From Octopus bimaculoides (lineage: Eukaryota): a stretch of 42,732 nt of DNA. How positions within the stretch are numbered: position 1 is the stretch's first letter; every line of letters starts with the position of its first letter. Location: contig NC_068998.1 of NCBI RefSeq assembly GCF_001194135.2, forward strand, positions 46,433,020 through 46,475,751. The letters run 5' to 3'. Below the pieces are notes generated by a model, which searched no databases, was not told the origin of the DNA, and saw only the letters and a program-made list of their open reading frames with translations. The position numbers and the translations under genes are program-made. Below are positions 1 through 12,620 of this stretch, in pieces.

Positions 1-624
1 ATATATATATATATATATATATATACACACGGAGATAGAGAGAGAGATAGAGAGAGACTGACAAACACTTCGCATAGTGTTATCACTAGCTGCACGGTGC
101 AACAGTGACAAACTGGTGATGTTGAAGGAGGAGGAGGGGATGGTAGGGATGCTGGGAGGATTTTGCTGAAGATGGCGACAGTGGAGATGTCTTAATTCCT
201 TACACACACAGATGCATACACACTCAGACGTACGTACACACATACACCCATACACACATACACACATATGGCTTTCATCCCTACAGAAGCCTACTCTGCT
301 GTAACCTTGAGAATCGTCAGAGATGGGCACGTGGTAAAGGCGTGACAAACACTAATATATTCATTCATTCATACACATGCACACATAGGTTATACATGTA
401 TGTATGTGTGTGTGTATACACATGTATATATATGTGTGTGTGTGTGTGTGTGTATGTGTGTGTTTGTATAAATATATATATATAGCATATAAATTTAAAT
501 AAAAATACATAAATATAAGTATATATACATACATATATACATGTATATATGTGTGTGTGCGTAAGTATGTATGTATATATATATGTGTGTGTGTATGTAT
601 ATATGTATGCATGTATAGAAACAA

Positions 625-778
625 GCATGGATGCGTGGGTACAATTGCTTCCTTCCCAACCAGGAGGTTATGGATTCAGCCACATTGCAGGGTACCTTGG
701 GCAAGTATCTTGTACTATAGCCCTTCGCAGACCAAAGCTCCATGAGTGGATTTAGAAGTCGGAAACTAGATGATACTC
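625..778 (+). mobile_element. SINE family B, degenerate 5' half
   Basis: Matches the family-B head at 20275 and 40143: ...ggtaccttgggcaagtatcttgtactatagccc...gaccaaagctccatgagtggattt...ggaaact. Confidence 0.75.
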
Positions 779-1178
779 TTGTGTATATGTATGTATGCAT
801 ATAATATTTTGTAAACAAACCCTGAGGCTTGATATTATAGTTAGTTCTTAGGGGTCAGCCACATTTAAGTGGCAAATATTACTTCACCTTGTCGTGCAGT
901 TACTGTTAATACCTCGTTCAGAGATTTAACATTGCTTATCTATACATTAATTTGACTGAAACTTTATGGCTCAATTGGATGCGCAAGGAGCCTTGTTAGC
1001 GTTGAATTGTAATTTCAATTCTAGCTGGAAGTTAGCTCATTATTTTTCAGCCAATTGTTTAAATTAATGTCACGTCAATCAGAGTATATATTATTATTAT
1101 TATTATTATTATCATTATTTTTATATAGTTATTATTATATGTATATGTATATATATATATATGTGTGTGTTTTTGCAG

Positions 1179-1326
1179 CGAAGTAAATTACCTTGATTTG
1201 ATGTTTACGTCGACGAGGAGCAATAACGCCACCTATCACTCTATGAATGAACTAAATGTTAAGATTGTCAAATTGTCAACACAAACTGGCGTTAGACTTT
1301 ATGATAACAAACTGGAGACAGAATAG
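1179..1326 (+). CDS. Candidate terminal coding exon (unverified)
   Basis: Acceptor gtgtttttgcag at 1177-1178, then 48 open codons EVNYLDLMFTSTRSNNATYHSMNELNVKIVKLSTQTGVRLYDNKLETE and TAG at 1324-1326. No homology recognised. Confidence 0.2.
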
Positions 1327-1437
1327 AAATGCAGACACGCCGGAGGAATCCGATCTATGTAATCTATCATTTGACGGATGAAGCTGTTACACACACACAC
1401 ACATGCACATACACACACACACAAACATGCACACAGT

Positions 1438-1473
<36 letters not shown>

Positions 1474-1942
1474 NNNNNNNNNNNNNNNNNNNNNNNNNNN
1501 NNNNNNNNNNNNNNNNNNNNNNNNNNNNNNNNNNNNNNNNNNNNNNNNNNNNNNNNNNNNNNNNNNNNNNNNNNNNNNNNNNNNNNNNNNNNNNNNNNNN
1601 NNNNNNNNNNNNNNNNNNNNNNNNNNNNNNNNNNNNNNNNNNNNNNNNNNNNNNNNNNNNNNNNNNNNNNNNNNNNNNNNNNNNNNNNNNNNNNNNNNNN
1701 NNNNNNNNNNNNNNNNNNNNNNNNNNNNNNNNNNNNNNNNNNNNNNNNNNNNNNNNNNNNNNNNNNNNNNNNNNNNNNNNNNNNNNNNNNNNNNNNNNNN
1801 NNNNNNNNNNNNNNNNNNNNNNNNNNNNNNNNNNNNNNNNNNNNNNNNNNNNNNNNNNNNNNNNNNNNNNNNNNNNNNNNNNNNNNNNNNNNNNNNNNNN
1901 NNNNNNNNNNNNNNNNNNNNNNNNNNNNNNNNNNNNNNNNNN

Positions 1943-2024
<82 letters not shown>

Positions 2025-3529
2025 ACATATATATGTATATATAAGTATGAATGCAGTTATTCATGTCCATGACGTCATAACATCATGTCATCAGGTCAAG
2101 ATTTTATTCTTAATACTATTTTACTATTTCTCCCCCGAGAAGAGGTGGGTGTGGGGAGAGAAGTAGGGCAATACAGTTTTTGCTTGTTTTTTTATTTGTT
2201 TGTGGTTGGCTTTTTACTTACGAATATTAATGACTTGATAAGATGTATATATTTACGACGCCTCTAGCTCTGAAGAAATACAGGAAATTATTTATAGTTC
2301 TACATACATACTCACAGACACGCGTGCACCCGTGCGCTCACATCTCTCTATGAACATGTGTATATATGTATGTATGTATATATACAGGTACCTATACATA
2401 CATACATACATATATATATATATACATATACATGTATATTGTATATATATATATATATACATATACATGTATATTGTATATATNNNNNNNNNNNNNNNNN
2501 NNNNNNNNNNNNNNNNNNNNNNNNNNNNNNNNNNNNNNNNNNNNNNNNNNNNNNNNNNNNNNNNNNNNNNNNNNNNNNNNNNNNNNNNNNNNNNNNNNNN
2601 NNNNNNNNNNNNNNNNNNNNNNNNNNNNNNNNNNNNNNNNNNNNNNNNNNNNNNNNNNNNNNNNNNNNNNNNNNNNNNNNNNNNNNNNNNNNNNNNNNNN
2701 NNNNNNNNNNNNNNNNNNNNNNNNNNNNNNNNNNNNNNNNNNNNNNNNNNNNNNNNNNNNNNNNNNNNNNNNNNNNNNNNNNNNNNNNNNNNNNNNNNNN
2801 NNNNNNNNNNNNNNNNNNNNNNNNNNNNNNNNNNNNNNNNNNNNNNNNNNNNNNNNNNNNNNNNNNNNNNNNNNNNNNNNNNNNNNNNNNNNNNNNNNNN
2901 NNNNNNNNNNNNNNNNNNNNNNNNNNNNNNNNNNNNNNNNNNNNNNNNNNNNNNNNNNNNNNNNNNNNNNNNNNNNNNNNNNNNNNNNNNNNNNNNNNNN
3001 NNNNNNNNNNNNNNNNNNNNNNNNNNNNNNNNNNNNNNNNNNNNNNNNNNNNNNNNNNNNNNNNNNNNNNNNNNNNNNNNNNNNNNNNNNNNNNNNNNNN
3101 NNNNNNNNNNNNNNNNNNNNNNNNNNNNNNNNNNNNNNNNNNNNNNNNNNNNNNNNNNNNNNNNNNNNNNNNNNNNNNNNNNNNNNNNNNNNNNNNNNNN
3201 NNNNNNNNNNNNNNNNNNNNNNNNNNNNNNNNNNNNNNNNNNNNNNNNNNNNNNNNNNNNNNNNNNNNNNNNNNNNNNNNNNNNNNNNNNNNNNNNNNNN
3301 NNNNNNNNNNNNNNNNNNNNNNNNNNNNNNNNNNNNNNNNNNNTATATATATATATATATATATATATATCTGTGTGTGTGTGTATATATATATATATAG
3401 ACACAAGCGTAAACATATATAAATAATAACATTCAAAGTGGAAAAACAAAGAAAACAGATAAAAAAACAGAATATAAAAGACAAGATATCTTGGTTCTAT
3501 TTTAGAATTTTTGGTCATAAAAGACTCAC

Positions 3530-3577
3530 AGAGTAAACGAAATTCCTGACTGACAAAATATTGGTATCTTCTTCTTG
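3530..3577 (-). other. Candidate 48-nt exon
   Basis: Minus strand ctttgtgttaaggttcag|...actct|gtgagt. All three frames open. Confidence 0.15.
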
Positions 3578-3779
3578 CTGAACCTTAACACAAAGACCTT
3601 ATATAGTTTTGGGGGTAGGAGAGGGGCAAGGGGCGTTGTAGGGGAGAGATGTGCTAGGGTTATGGGATTGAACTATTTTGATGTTCATGCATTGACGCAA
3701 GTGTGTTGCCCAACAACAAATGTTTTTCTATTGTGAATGTTTATGTGTGTGTGTATTTGTGTGTGTCTGCACGCCCGTA

Positions 3780-3820
<41 letters not shown>

Positions 3821-4385
3821 ACGTGTGCATGTGTGCATATATGGTTTAATGTTCTGTTATAGGTACAATCAACAAAAAGGTACTCCATCCAGCGAGAGAT
3901 AAATATCATTTAACATACACACAGTATTTAAATGAGAGCTACTAATATTTTCATGTCATGAAAACACGATAAATTCGGCAGATTTATACAATGTATCTTG
4001 TGTCTCCAAGCAATCATTGAGGTTGCGGGCACATAGTGAGTTTTATTTGAAAATCAGGACGCTGGTCTATGCGAAAATACGGAAAATAATCGAGAAGGTT
4101 GACGCAAAAAGTGGAACGAGAAGTCAAAGGCCAAATAAAAAGATGGAAAAAGAAAAGAAAGAAAACCCAGAGTTGCGCCCCCTTTGTCTGTAGAAATCAT
4201 AATCTAGCTTGTGTAGAATAATTTAACGAGCGAAGAAGCCAAATGAGGTAAAAAAAATGAAGCAGTTTAATCACTGACATAAGTGTTATGAAGAATGCTT
4301 ACTTTAAATTTGATGCATAAAAAAATACGAAAAATAGAGCGTGAAACACTTGACAGCTACAGAGACCAATAAGCCATTTCCTTAC

Positions 4386-4418
4386 CAAAGTCTCATAAAC
4401 CAAAAAGAAAAAAAATTC
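4386..4418 (-). other. Candidate 33-nt exon
   Basis: Minus strand tttctgttatatccag|gaa...ctttg|gtaagg. Confidence 0.15.
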
Positions 4419-5156
4419 CTGGATATAACAGAAATATGCTTATATTTTACATGCATACTTTTACAGCAACACTCAAGCAAATATATATACATATATATAC
4501 TCGTATAATATCTTGGGTGAAAATAGCCCGGATCTAAATGTAACTTTAAACCACAACATACTAGCTAAGTTCAGACGATACAATCTCAAAATATCATAAA
4601 TTCAAATAAAATTCAGAAACAAAGAAGATATAAAGAAAATAGAAATAGTGCAGAAATAAACGAACAAATATGAGAATATTAAGAATGTCAAAGGCAAAGT
4701 GAGAGCTAACAAATGTAATTAAGCAACAAAATACAGCAAAACCAAGCCCTAGAAAAAACTACAGAATATTGACCAACAAACTCTGAAAGAGAACAGTATA
4801 AACAAAATATAGAAAAAATGAAATATGAAGAAGACTTAAGGATTAAGAAATTCTAAAGATGTAAATCATAGCATGGTGAATCATAGCATGGTAAACTACG
4901 TAAAGACAAAATAAAAAACAAACAAACAAACAAACGAACACGGTATATATTAGGATGGCGCTCAGGAAATGGGGGATAAAGAAGGAAATGCGTTTTATGT
5001 TTCGAGTATTCACTCTTCTTCTGGAAAATAGGATTGACAAAGAGAGAAAAAAAAGGGAGATGGGGAAATGAAGAAATACAAACGCACGACTATCTAACTG
5101 CCATTGATGCTGATAACTAAAGGTGGATATATAAAATTAAAGACAATAAATCTTAC

Positions 5157-5294
5157 GGAGCAGCGAAAGTTCCTCTCCAGTTTAAACTCCAGTATAAAAT
5201 AGCATCAACAAGAAGAATAATATGTAGCCAGCAGAGAAATAGACACGGACGTCAATATGAGCAGGTTAGACGAAATATGTATCACCCACACTGG
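5157..5294 (-). other. Candidate 138-nt exon with in-frame stop (PVWVIHISSNLLILTSVSISLLATYYSSC*)
   Basis: Strong polypyrimidine acceptor ctttattttccttacattacacttccttttgtag and donor tcc|gtaaga. Stops in all three frames; the longest frame stops at TGA 5207-5205. Confidence 0.2.
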
Positions 5295-5521
5295 CTACAA
5301 AAGGAAGTGTAATGTAAGGAAAATAAAGAATGGAAAAGCTCTTTCGAATTCTAAAAGATTTCAGTAACGAAACGACGTATTTGAACTAAAGATAAGAGGA
5401 GCCAAATACAACAGGAATAAAAGAAGAATCCGAAATCGAACATCCGAAACAAGAATCTCGCCGAATCGGAAACAATGAATGGCTCTGAATGCAACAATGA
5501 TCTTTTTCTTTTTTTTAAGGC

Positions 5522-5640
5522 GCATGGTTGCGGGTTCAGTCTCACTGCGTGACATGGGCAAGTGCCTTCTACTAACGTCTCGGGCTGACCAAAACATTGT
5601 GAGTGGATTTGGTAAGCGGAAACTGAAAGAAGCTCGTCGC
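5522..5640 (+). mobile_element. SINE family B, 5' half
   Basis: gcatggttgcgggttcagtctcactgcgtgacatgggcaagtgccttctact...gtgagtggatttggtaagcggaaactgaaagaagctcgtcg, near-identical in layout to 20275-20443. Confidence 0.85.
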
Positions 5641-5694
5641 GCGCGTGTATGTGTGCCTTTGTGCCTGTGTGCCTGTGTGCCTTTGTGCCTGTGT

Positions 5695-5840
5695 TGAGTT
5701 CAAATTCCGCCGAGGTCGATTTTGCATTTCATTCTTTCGGGGTCGATAAATTAAGTACCAGTGAAACACTGGGGTCGATGTAACCGGCTGGTCCCCTTCC
5801 CCAAATTTCAGGCTTTGTGCTTTTAGTAGTAGAAAGGATT
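5695..5840 (+). mobile_element. SINE family C, B box plus 3' part
   Basis: gagttcaaattccgccgaggtcga...ggggtcgatgtaaccggctggtccccttccccaaatttcaggctttgtgcttttagtag. The 3' part matches the reverse complement of 25312-25452 almost exactly. Confidence 0.85.
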
Positions 5841-6479
5841 GTTGTTGCTGTTGCTTCTTTTATTTTGCTACTGAGGACGATTACATACATTATTCATATC
5901 TACAGAATATGAGACGCTTAAATGGGGTTTACAAAGACGTTTTGGCGTGGAACAAACAAGTCGTATAAAAACAATATACATAAAAATAATTACGTCGGAG
6001 AATTGAAAAATATGGGGTAATGTACAATAATTAAAAATAAGGAGGAGTCTTTCAAAATGATGGATTTTCATGGACTTCAACAATTCTTTAAAAACAGCAC
6101 ACACACACACATATATATACATAGTAGAATAATAAAAAAAAGTTCTTGGAACAGTATAATATATTTGAAAAAATGAGTAGAGATGGTTTTGTAGTGCAAA
6201 AGACAAATAAATGAAAAATTTCGTCATGAGGGATGGGAGTGTTAGCAAAAAAATAAATTTTTCAAAAATGTTTTATCGTAAAAAGCTTCCTCCCGCCATT
6301 TTGAAGTGTATGGTGAAAAATAGTTTGAAAAATCCTCGTCAAAACGGAGAAAAATCTATCTATGTTGGTGTGCTATTCCAGATCTCCGCCTTGTATAACG
6401 ATAAAGTCTACCTGACTAGATTAGAAAACCCATATCCTTGACCACCTTCAGCCTATAATTATTCTCTATATCTGAGTCA

Positions 6480-6780
6480 TGGTATATGACAGAAAATTTC
6501 TGGGACGCAAACTCTTCAGGAGCCCTTTGCAATTACTCTGTCACCTTCATTTTCCACCTTCCCTATATCTATTTCCTCACCGATCCCAAGCGTCAGGGGT
6601 AAGCTCTAGTCTTCTAACACGGTCTTGGGGTCTTGGTGCTTAAGTGAACCAGCATAAAGTGAAGTTACATCGAGGAATCCGTCTTGTGATTCTCTGAGGC
6701 TCCCACATCACTAACTTCTAAGGGCCTACCCTCTTCCAGGAAAGGCATGGTTCTCACTTCAAAGATCTTACGAATAAAGA
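6480..6780 (+). mobile_element. Possible very old LINE RT remnant
   Basis: One frame reads LSPSFSTFPISISSPIPSVRGKL*SSNTVL, loosely like LSPxLFxxxxxDxxxxxxxxxxxxYADDTVL. Weak. Confidence 0.25.
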
Positions 6781-7050
6781 GTAACTCTAAATTGAAAATA
6801 GATTAGACTACAGTATGTACTGATGGAACAACTATTGAGCCGACAATGAAAGGGCATCTGATTTAATGCCCTCTTGTTTAACTATGAAATCATCATTTTA
6901 TCAAGAAACTATTTCCACCAATTACGAGCATCACAAACTCTTTAATAAGAATAACGTTAAAGTCAGTTATAGTTGCTTATAAAACACAACGTATACAATA
7001 GTAAAGAAGTTTAGAAATTACTAAAGACGACTGTATTGCTAAATATTTAC

Positions 7051-7122
7051 CTGTCGCACCTCATAGTCCTGTCTGCTACTTGGAAAATGCCAAGCTATAA
7101 CATTGATACGCCGGACGAACTT
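7051..7122 (-). other. Candidate 72-nt exon (KFVRRINVIAWHFPSSRQDYEVRQ; alternative acceptor at 7158)
   Basis: ttttcactgccctctatcggcag|...cgacag|gtaaat. Only phase 0 is open. Confidence 0.2.
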
Positions 7123-7165
7123 CTGCCGATAGAGGGCAGTGAAAACAATTACACCAAACTGACAA

Positions 7166-7345
7166 GGTGCCTCTATGTAGTCGTTCAAATTGCTTGAAAG
7201 AACAATCAACTCTCCCTCAAATCACATCTTGGTGTTTTCCGCATGTTGGATTATCTCCTCTAAGAGAAACTGTATGAAAGGACAGGTAAATCATGGAAAA
7301 ACTGCTATTAATCATAAGTATGGCTAACCAGGGCTGACCCGGAGC
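7166..7345 (+). mobile_element. Interspersed repeat family E (SINE or LINE 3' end), degenerate
   Basis: Shares ctccctcaaatcaca and gggctgacc..gg.gc.aa with 38088-38300. Confidence 0.6.
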
Positions 7346-7430
7346 AAATCGGTATGGGTATACCATGGCCATACCGTTAATGCAGTAATATATTTACATA
7401 TCGTGACTATACTATTCCACTAATCGTATA

Positions 7431-7643
7431 CGAGGGGTGCTGAAAAGCTCCTGGATTTAAAGGTGTCGTGAAAGGCCTGGTTGGAGGCCAAACCTTCCGA
7501 GTTCTTTTACAGGGCTTTAAAAAAAAACTGAAGGACCGCTGCAATAAGCGTGTGAATCTGAGAGGAGGACATGTTGAATAAAATCATAATTAACTGATCC
7601 TCTTTTACACCCACCTTTACACCTTTATTTTAACACCCACTCG
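7431..7643 (+). mobile_element. Mariner-derived MITE / internal deletion derivative
   Basis: TA|cgaggggtgctgaaaa ... ttttaacacccactcg|TA (imperfect TIRs, TA on both sides). Interior retains a transposase C-terminus-like stretch KDRCNKRVNLRGGHVE*. Confidence 0.75.
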
Positions 7644-7867
7644 TAGTCACCCCACCAAAACCATTCCACTGCTAAGCCATACATTTGCCATAACACTACT
7701 GTGACCATACCATGTCCTAACCATAACATTATACATACCACTGACACGCAACCGCCATACAATTAACATGTATGTAGTTGTTGTTTACTTCTGCACACGT
7801 ACAGATGCATGCACGTACAGAAATCCATTTCAAACTGTGAAGTAGACAAACAACAAAGCCGCTGTTG

Positions 7868-7879
7868 TAGTAGTAGTAA

Positions 7880-7933
<54 letters not shown>
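7868..7933 (+). repeat. (TAG)n microsatellite
   Basis: Direct reading. Confidence 0.95.
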
Positions 7934-7955
7934 GATGACCAATGTATTTCAACAG

Positions 7956-8074
7956 CAATGAGATGTAAAGTATCGGATTACAGGAGCAACACTTTCAACG
8001 CTGACGAAAACAGTTGTTCCTGTGTGCAGTCGATGTTCTGCGACTCGTACGGTTTCAGCATCTTTGCAGACTAG
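7956..8074 (+). CDS. Candidate Cys-rich exon (MRCKVSDYRSNTFNADENSCSCVQSMFCDSYGFSIFAD*)
   Basis: Acceptor tgtatttcaacag at 7954-7955; TAG at 8072-8074 is followed directly by donor gtatgt. Cys spacing is loosely PAN/apple-like. Confidence 0.2.
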
Positions 8075-8087
8075 GTATGTTATCAGG

Positions 8088-8138
<51 letters not shown>

Positions 8139-8152
8139 NNNNNNNNNNNNNN

Positions 8153-8196
<44 letters not shown>

Positions 8197-8252
8197 AATT
8201 TACAGAAAACAAAAGGTATGTGTATATATACATATATGTATTTATATTATAC

Positions 8253-8284
<32 letters not shown>

Positions 8285-8384
8285 ATAAAGTGAAGGAGAT
8301 AGACAGTATAATGTGTATAAGGGGTGTGTGTGTGTGTGTATATATATTCACACACATATATATGTAAGCATGTGTGTATGCATC

Positions 8385-8423
<39 letters not shown>

Positions 8424-8726
8424 TTATGCACATATATGTATATATGTATACATTTATACATAAACATATATACACATATACATACATAGATACATGCACT
8501 CACAAACACTCACATACATACACGCATGCATATATGTGTGAATGTGTGTGTGGTGGGGGTTGTATCTCAATCTTTTTGCTCGCTAGTGCAAAAACTTAAC
8601 CCGGGCAAGAAATAAGCGCTTGATAGCAACTTATAGCGTACAAGACTATGATCTTATTTGTAATACTGAAAGGTTTGCAGACTGACAAGTGTGTCCGATT
8701 TCTATTGCGTTTATAATGTATTCAGG

Positions 8727-9109
8727 GTGGAGGCGCAATGGCCCAGTGGTTAGAGCAGCGGACGCGTGATCATAGGATCGTGGTTTCGATTCCCAGACCG
8801 GGCGTTGTGAGTGTTTATTGAGCTTAAACACCTAAAGCTCCACGAGGCTCCGGCAGGGCATGGTGGTGAACCCTGCTGTACTCTTGCGCCACAACTTTCT
8901 CTCATTCTTGCTTCCTGTTTCTGTTGTGCCTGTAATTCAAAGGGTCAGCCTTGTCAAGTTCTGTGTCACGCTGAATATCCCCGAGAACTACGTTAAGGGT
9001 ACACGTGTCTGTGGAGTGCTCATCCACTTGCACGTTAATTTCACGAGCAGGCTGTTCCGTTGATCGGATCAACTGGAACCCTCGACGTCGTAAGCGACGG
9101 AGTGCCAAC
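8727..9109 (+). mobile_element. tRNA(Arg-like)-derived SINE family A, full length
   Basis: A box tggcccagtgg, B box gtttcgattcc, about 380 bp, 3' hairpin cgtcg-taag-cgacg then gagtgccaac. Highly similar copies at 21938 and 26744. Confidence 0.9.
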
Positions 9110-9392
9110 GCTCACTATTCCTGAACAGTGTCCAGAAGCCCTTTCAAGACATCCACATCTACACCTCTACAATCTTTGAGGTTGTTTGGCAGAATATCGA
9201 GCAGTTGTGGACCCTTGACAGTCAAGTCGTTGCAGTACTGCTAGAATATTTAATTTTAATGCATATATATATGTGCATGTGTGTGTGTGTTTGTGTGTGC
9301 GGGCATATGTGTATGCATATACATCATGTATTCATATATGTGTATGTTCCTACAAACACACAAGAAAGCCAGTACGAAATCATAAATCTCCA

Positions 9393-9580
9393 AGTGGTGG
9401 CGGTTGTAGTGATGATTACTGTGATGGTGGTGGTGGTGATGGTGGTGGAGGTGATGGTGGTGGTGGTGATGGCAGTGGTCTTAATGATGGTAATGTAGAC
9501 GGTGGCGGTCGAAGCGGTGGCGGCGGCTGCTGTGGTGGTGGTGGTGGTGGTGGTGGCGATGTTGGTGATTGTGATGATTC
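9393..9580 (+). repeat. (GGT/GAT)n degenerate trinucleotide repeat
   Basis: Direct reading; explains the poly-Gly and poly-Val ORFs. Confidence 0.9.
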
Positions 9581-10312
9581 TCAAATATATTTCTACGCTG
9601 TAGGTTATCTTCAGTCTGAAACAGTGCACCGTAACAAACACCCGCAGCTCACTGCATGTCTTACAAATTCCATATCCACCCTTTATTCTATCACCACAAC
9701 CTCAACCTCTAATAGCACAGGCCATAACTCTTTATCGCTCTTATATGATACACTTGGTAACGTTATATGTACACACACACATACACACATACATACATAC
9801 ATACATACATACATACATACATACATACATACATACATGTACACATTCTCACACGCACTTTAGTTGCAATTTGCAACCGTGCACAACAATATATATACGC
9901 TCGTGCACAAATACTTACAGATCAGCGGACACAGAATCGACTGTTGCACCCTGCATAAACATACCAGCATGTTTGTGTTTGTTTCTGTGTATGCGTGTTT
10001 GGCCTGCATTCGCTGTGTGTGTGTGTGTGTGTGTGTGCGTGATCGCTATATAAATATGTTTGTTTGTGTGCCTATATCTACGCATGCTTGTATGTTGTAT
10101 AAGCTGTTCACGACTTGGTTGAATTACCAATTCGTAAATTTGTCGACGAGTGTTCAAATCCCAGCCGAGGACGGCTTTAGTAATGTAGAAAAAATGATAG
10201 AAACCGTCTCCTTAAGACCTAACTTCAGTCCCTCAGTCTTGATTTGTTCTTATTGAATGGAAGACCGAAGCTAAACCTGAAATATCCCTGGGTATCTTCA
10301 ATTTTTTTTTTA

Positions 10313-10377
10313 CTTATTTCAGTCATTTGACTGCGCCATGCTGGAGCACCACCTTGAAAAGTTTAGTCGAATAAATC
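10313..10377 (-). mobile_element. SINE family B, 3' end fragment
   Basis: tttcagtcatttgactgcgccatgctggagcaccacctt is the reverse complement of the family-B 3' end. Confidence 0.75.
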
Positions 10378-11078
10378 TCTTCTTTAGTCATTCTCTTTCA
10401 TTCTTAGTGTTTCCACGTTATGATTTTAGACAATCTTTCACTTACATAACAGTACATTAGTCAGAGGCCAGATTTATATTCCTATTTAAATATTAAAATC
10501 TTTAATATTTAAGGGCTTCGTTTCGATCAACATTTTGCTGTTCTAGATTGAAAACAACGACGCCAGTTGTTTGCGATAAGCGGTAACGCGAAATTTTAAA
10601 AAAAAGATAAAAACCTAAGTTCTCTTTCTGCTTTTATTTACATAAGCTCTACTTAGTTGATTGAACAATTTTCCTAAGTCTTCACACTCATATATACACA
10701 CACATGTATAGTCATACATACCCGCATAACAGATAAAATTCCAAGTACGAAACGTAGTTTTCATAAATAAGAAAATCCAAGAATGAGCATGCTTCGTATC
10801 TACTTATTGAACAAAATTCCGCTGCCTTTGTGTTAAGACTCAAGCTTATCACAAATATAGCGACATTTATTTATACTTTTGTTTTCTTCGTATTGAAATG
10901 AAAACCCTTCTTCATTGCTGTGCTTGGTATGTGGATATAAATCCGATGACATCTGAATCAAAGCTTTCTTGCAAGATAAAGACATTTGAAATGTAATCAT
11001 TTATTTCTTTAAGGAAAACATTCAAATTATTTAAAGAGATTTTTAAAACGATAAGCAAAGCAGGCAAATATTTTAAAA

Positions 11079-11438
11079 GTTGGTTTAGAAGCTCGTTTTG
11101 CAATCACTTGGTTTCGGGTTCAGTTCTAACGTACGGCACCTTGGGTAAGTGTCTTCTACTATAGCCCCTGGCCGACCAGTGCCTGGTAAGTGAATCTGAT
11201 AGACGAAACTGTGTAAAAGCCCGTTGAATGTGTGTGTTTCTGTCTGTTTGTCTCCGCCTTCGCTTGACAATTGATGTTAGTTTGTTTACGTCCTCGTAAC
11301 ATAGCAGTCAGACATAAGAGACAGATAGAATAAGTGCCAGATAAATAATAGGGGCGTTTCGTTTAAGTAACACCCTTCAAGGAAAGCGGTGCCCCAGGAT
11401 GGTCGCAGTCCAATGATTGAAACAAGTAAAAGATAAAA
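11079..11438 (+). mobile_element. SINE family B, full length, diverged
   Basis: Head gggttcagttc...ggcaccttgggtaagtgtcttctactatagcc, body gcttgacaa...gtttacgtcc..cgtaac...gatagaataagt, end gcagtccaatgattgaaacaagtaaaaga. Confidence 0.85.
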
Positions 11439-12403
11439 TATAGATAACAGTTTCTAGATTCATTCAAAATACTCTCAGAAAGACAAACAAGAGGCAAATA
11501 ATTTTTTTTTGAAATATATAAACAGTTTCTGAAGAGATTCAGATTGCTTCTTATAAAATATCTGAAACGGTTACACAAAGAAATAAAGTCTCCTACGTTG
11601 GTAGAGTCAATTATCTTGCTTGAAAAATGTTGAAACAATGCTAAAAGATTAAGTAGAACATGGAGTATGTAAAATTCCTCTCTCTCTCACGCGATACAGT
11701 TTGTTATCACATTTTGCAATAGTCTGCCGACATTGACGAATATATCATGATAAACGTCAACATTCAGTTTTGCTTTACAAGTTTCCTCAGCCTTATTTAT
11801 ACAACCTCTCTCAATAGCCTAATATTAATACACGTAATAACGAAAGTAAAAAAGCTCTCACCGAATGTAATGTTATAAATACGCCAGCCTGTAACTGCCC
11901 AGGTTAATACATTTCCAATGTGAAGAAACTCTACCAGATATCACCAAGCAAATGAGAAGCTATAAGCATATATCTATTTCATTGATGGAAGTTAATTATC
12001 AAATGTGTTTGGTTTTTCGTGAGTGTGTGTGTGTGTATGTTTGTAAAGTCAGGTTGCAAACAAATGCCAGGCTCTACAAAAGTTAACATTTTTCATATTC
12101 TGAATAACAGCCTTAAAGACCGGAAATTACCATGAAAGTCACGTGTCACCATTTGTACCAATGAAACACTCTCTACGGTAGACTGCATGAAAACGAACAA
12201 CATCTGGATGCTATTATAAATCACTGCATTCTACACTGGTCTTAGTTGCCCCGCAAAATAAGAAATCGAACTGAAACCGGTTTAAAATAAAATTGCCGAG
12301 ATAATTAATTTTATTAAAACAATTAAAGTTTACTTTGTTTTGTCTGAGAAAGCTTTTGTTGATATAGATTCTAGCTTTGATACTTTAACGCATTGACGTG
12401 AGA

Positions 12404-12620
12404 TTATGGTCTCCATTCACGACGCGGAAATGATGGAAGGAAGTAATCGAGGCCGCACATATTGCGACGTGAGAAATAAAATTTTCGGATCGTCGCAGGA
12501 CACATTGTAACGACGGCGCATGGCGGGCACGTTACCATTCCATACTTTTCGTTTGCCGAGTGATGAGGCTCTCTTTGAGCGTAGTAATTTTTTTTTCTAC
12601 GGTAAACGAACGGATCTCTC
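12404..12620 (-). mobile_element. Possible CR1/L2-group LINE RT-thumb remnant
   Basis: One frame reads AMRRRYNVSCDDPKILFLTSQYVRPRL and an adjacent frame reads LDY...WRP. This resembles the IRRxF...DxxxLxxLYxxxVRPxLEY...W thumb motif. Confidence 0.35.

Noticed and set aside
2222-2269. 48-nt minus-strand segment with very strong splice sites
   Set aside because: Stops in all three frames. It shows that pseudo-exons occur by chance here.
5205-5207. In-frame TGA (C*C) in a 138-nt spliceable segment as a possible selenocysteine
   Set aside because: No recognisable selenoprotein motif or SECIS, and the exon itself is unverified.
8729-8802. tRNA-like sequences here and at 21940, 27050-27122 and 32110-32185
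   Set aside because: They are SINE heads with broken anticodon or acceptor stems and continue into SINE bodies; they are not tRNA genes.
9273-9863. 196-aa Gly-rich ORF
   Set aside because: Built from (GGT)n and (TACA)n repeats; no splice or homology support.
10486-10512. Perfect 12-bp AT-only inverted repeat
   Set aside because: Expected by chance in AT-rich DNA; no associated element ends.
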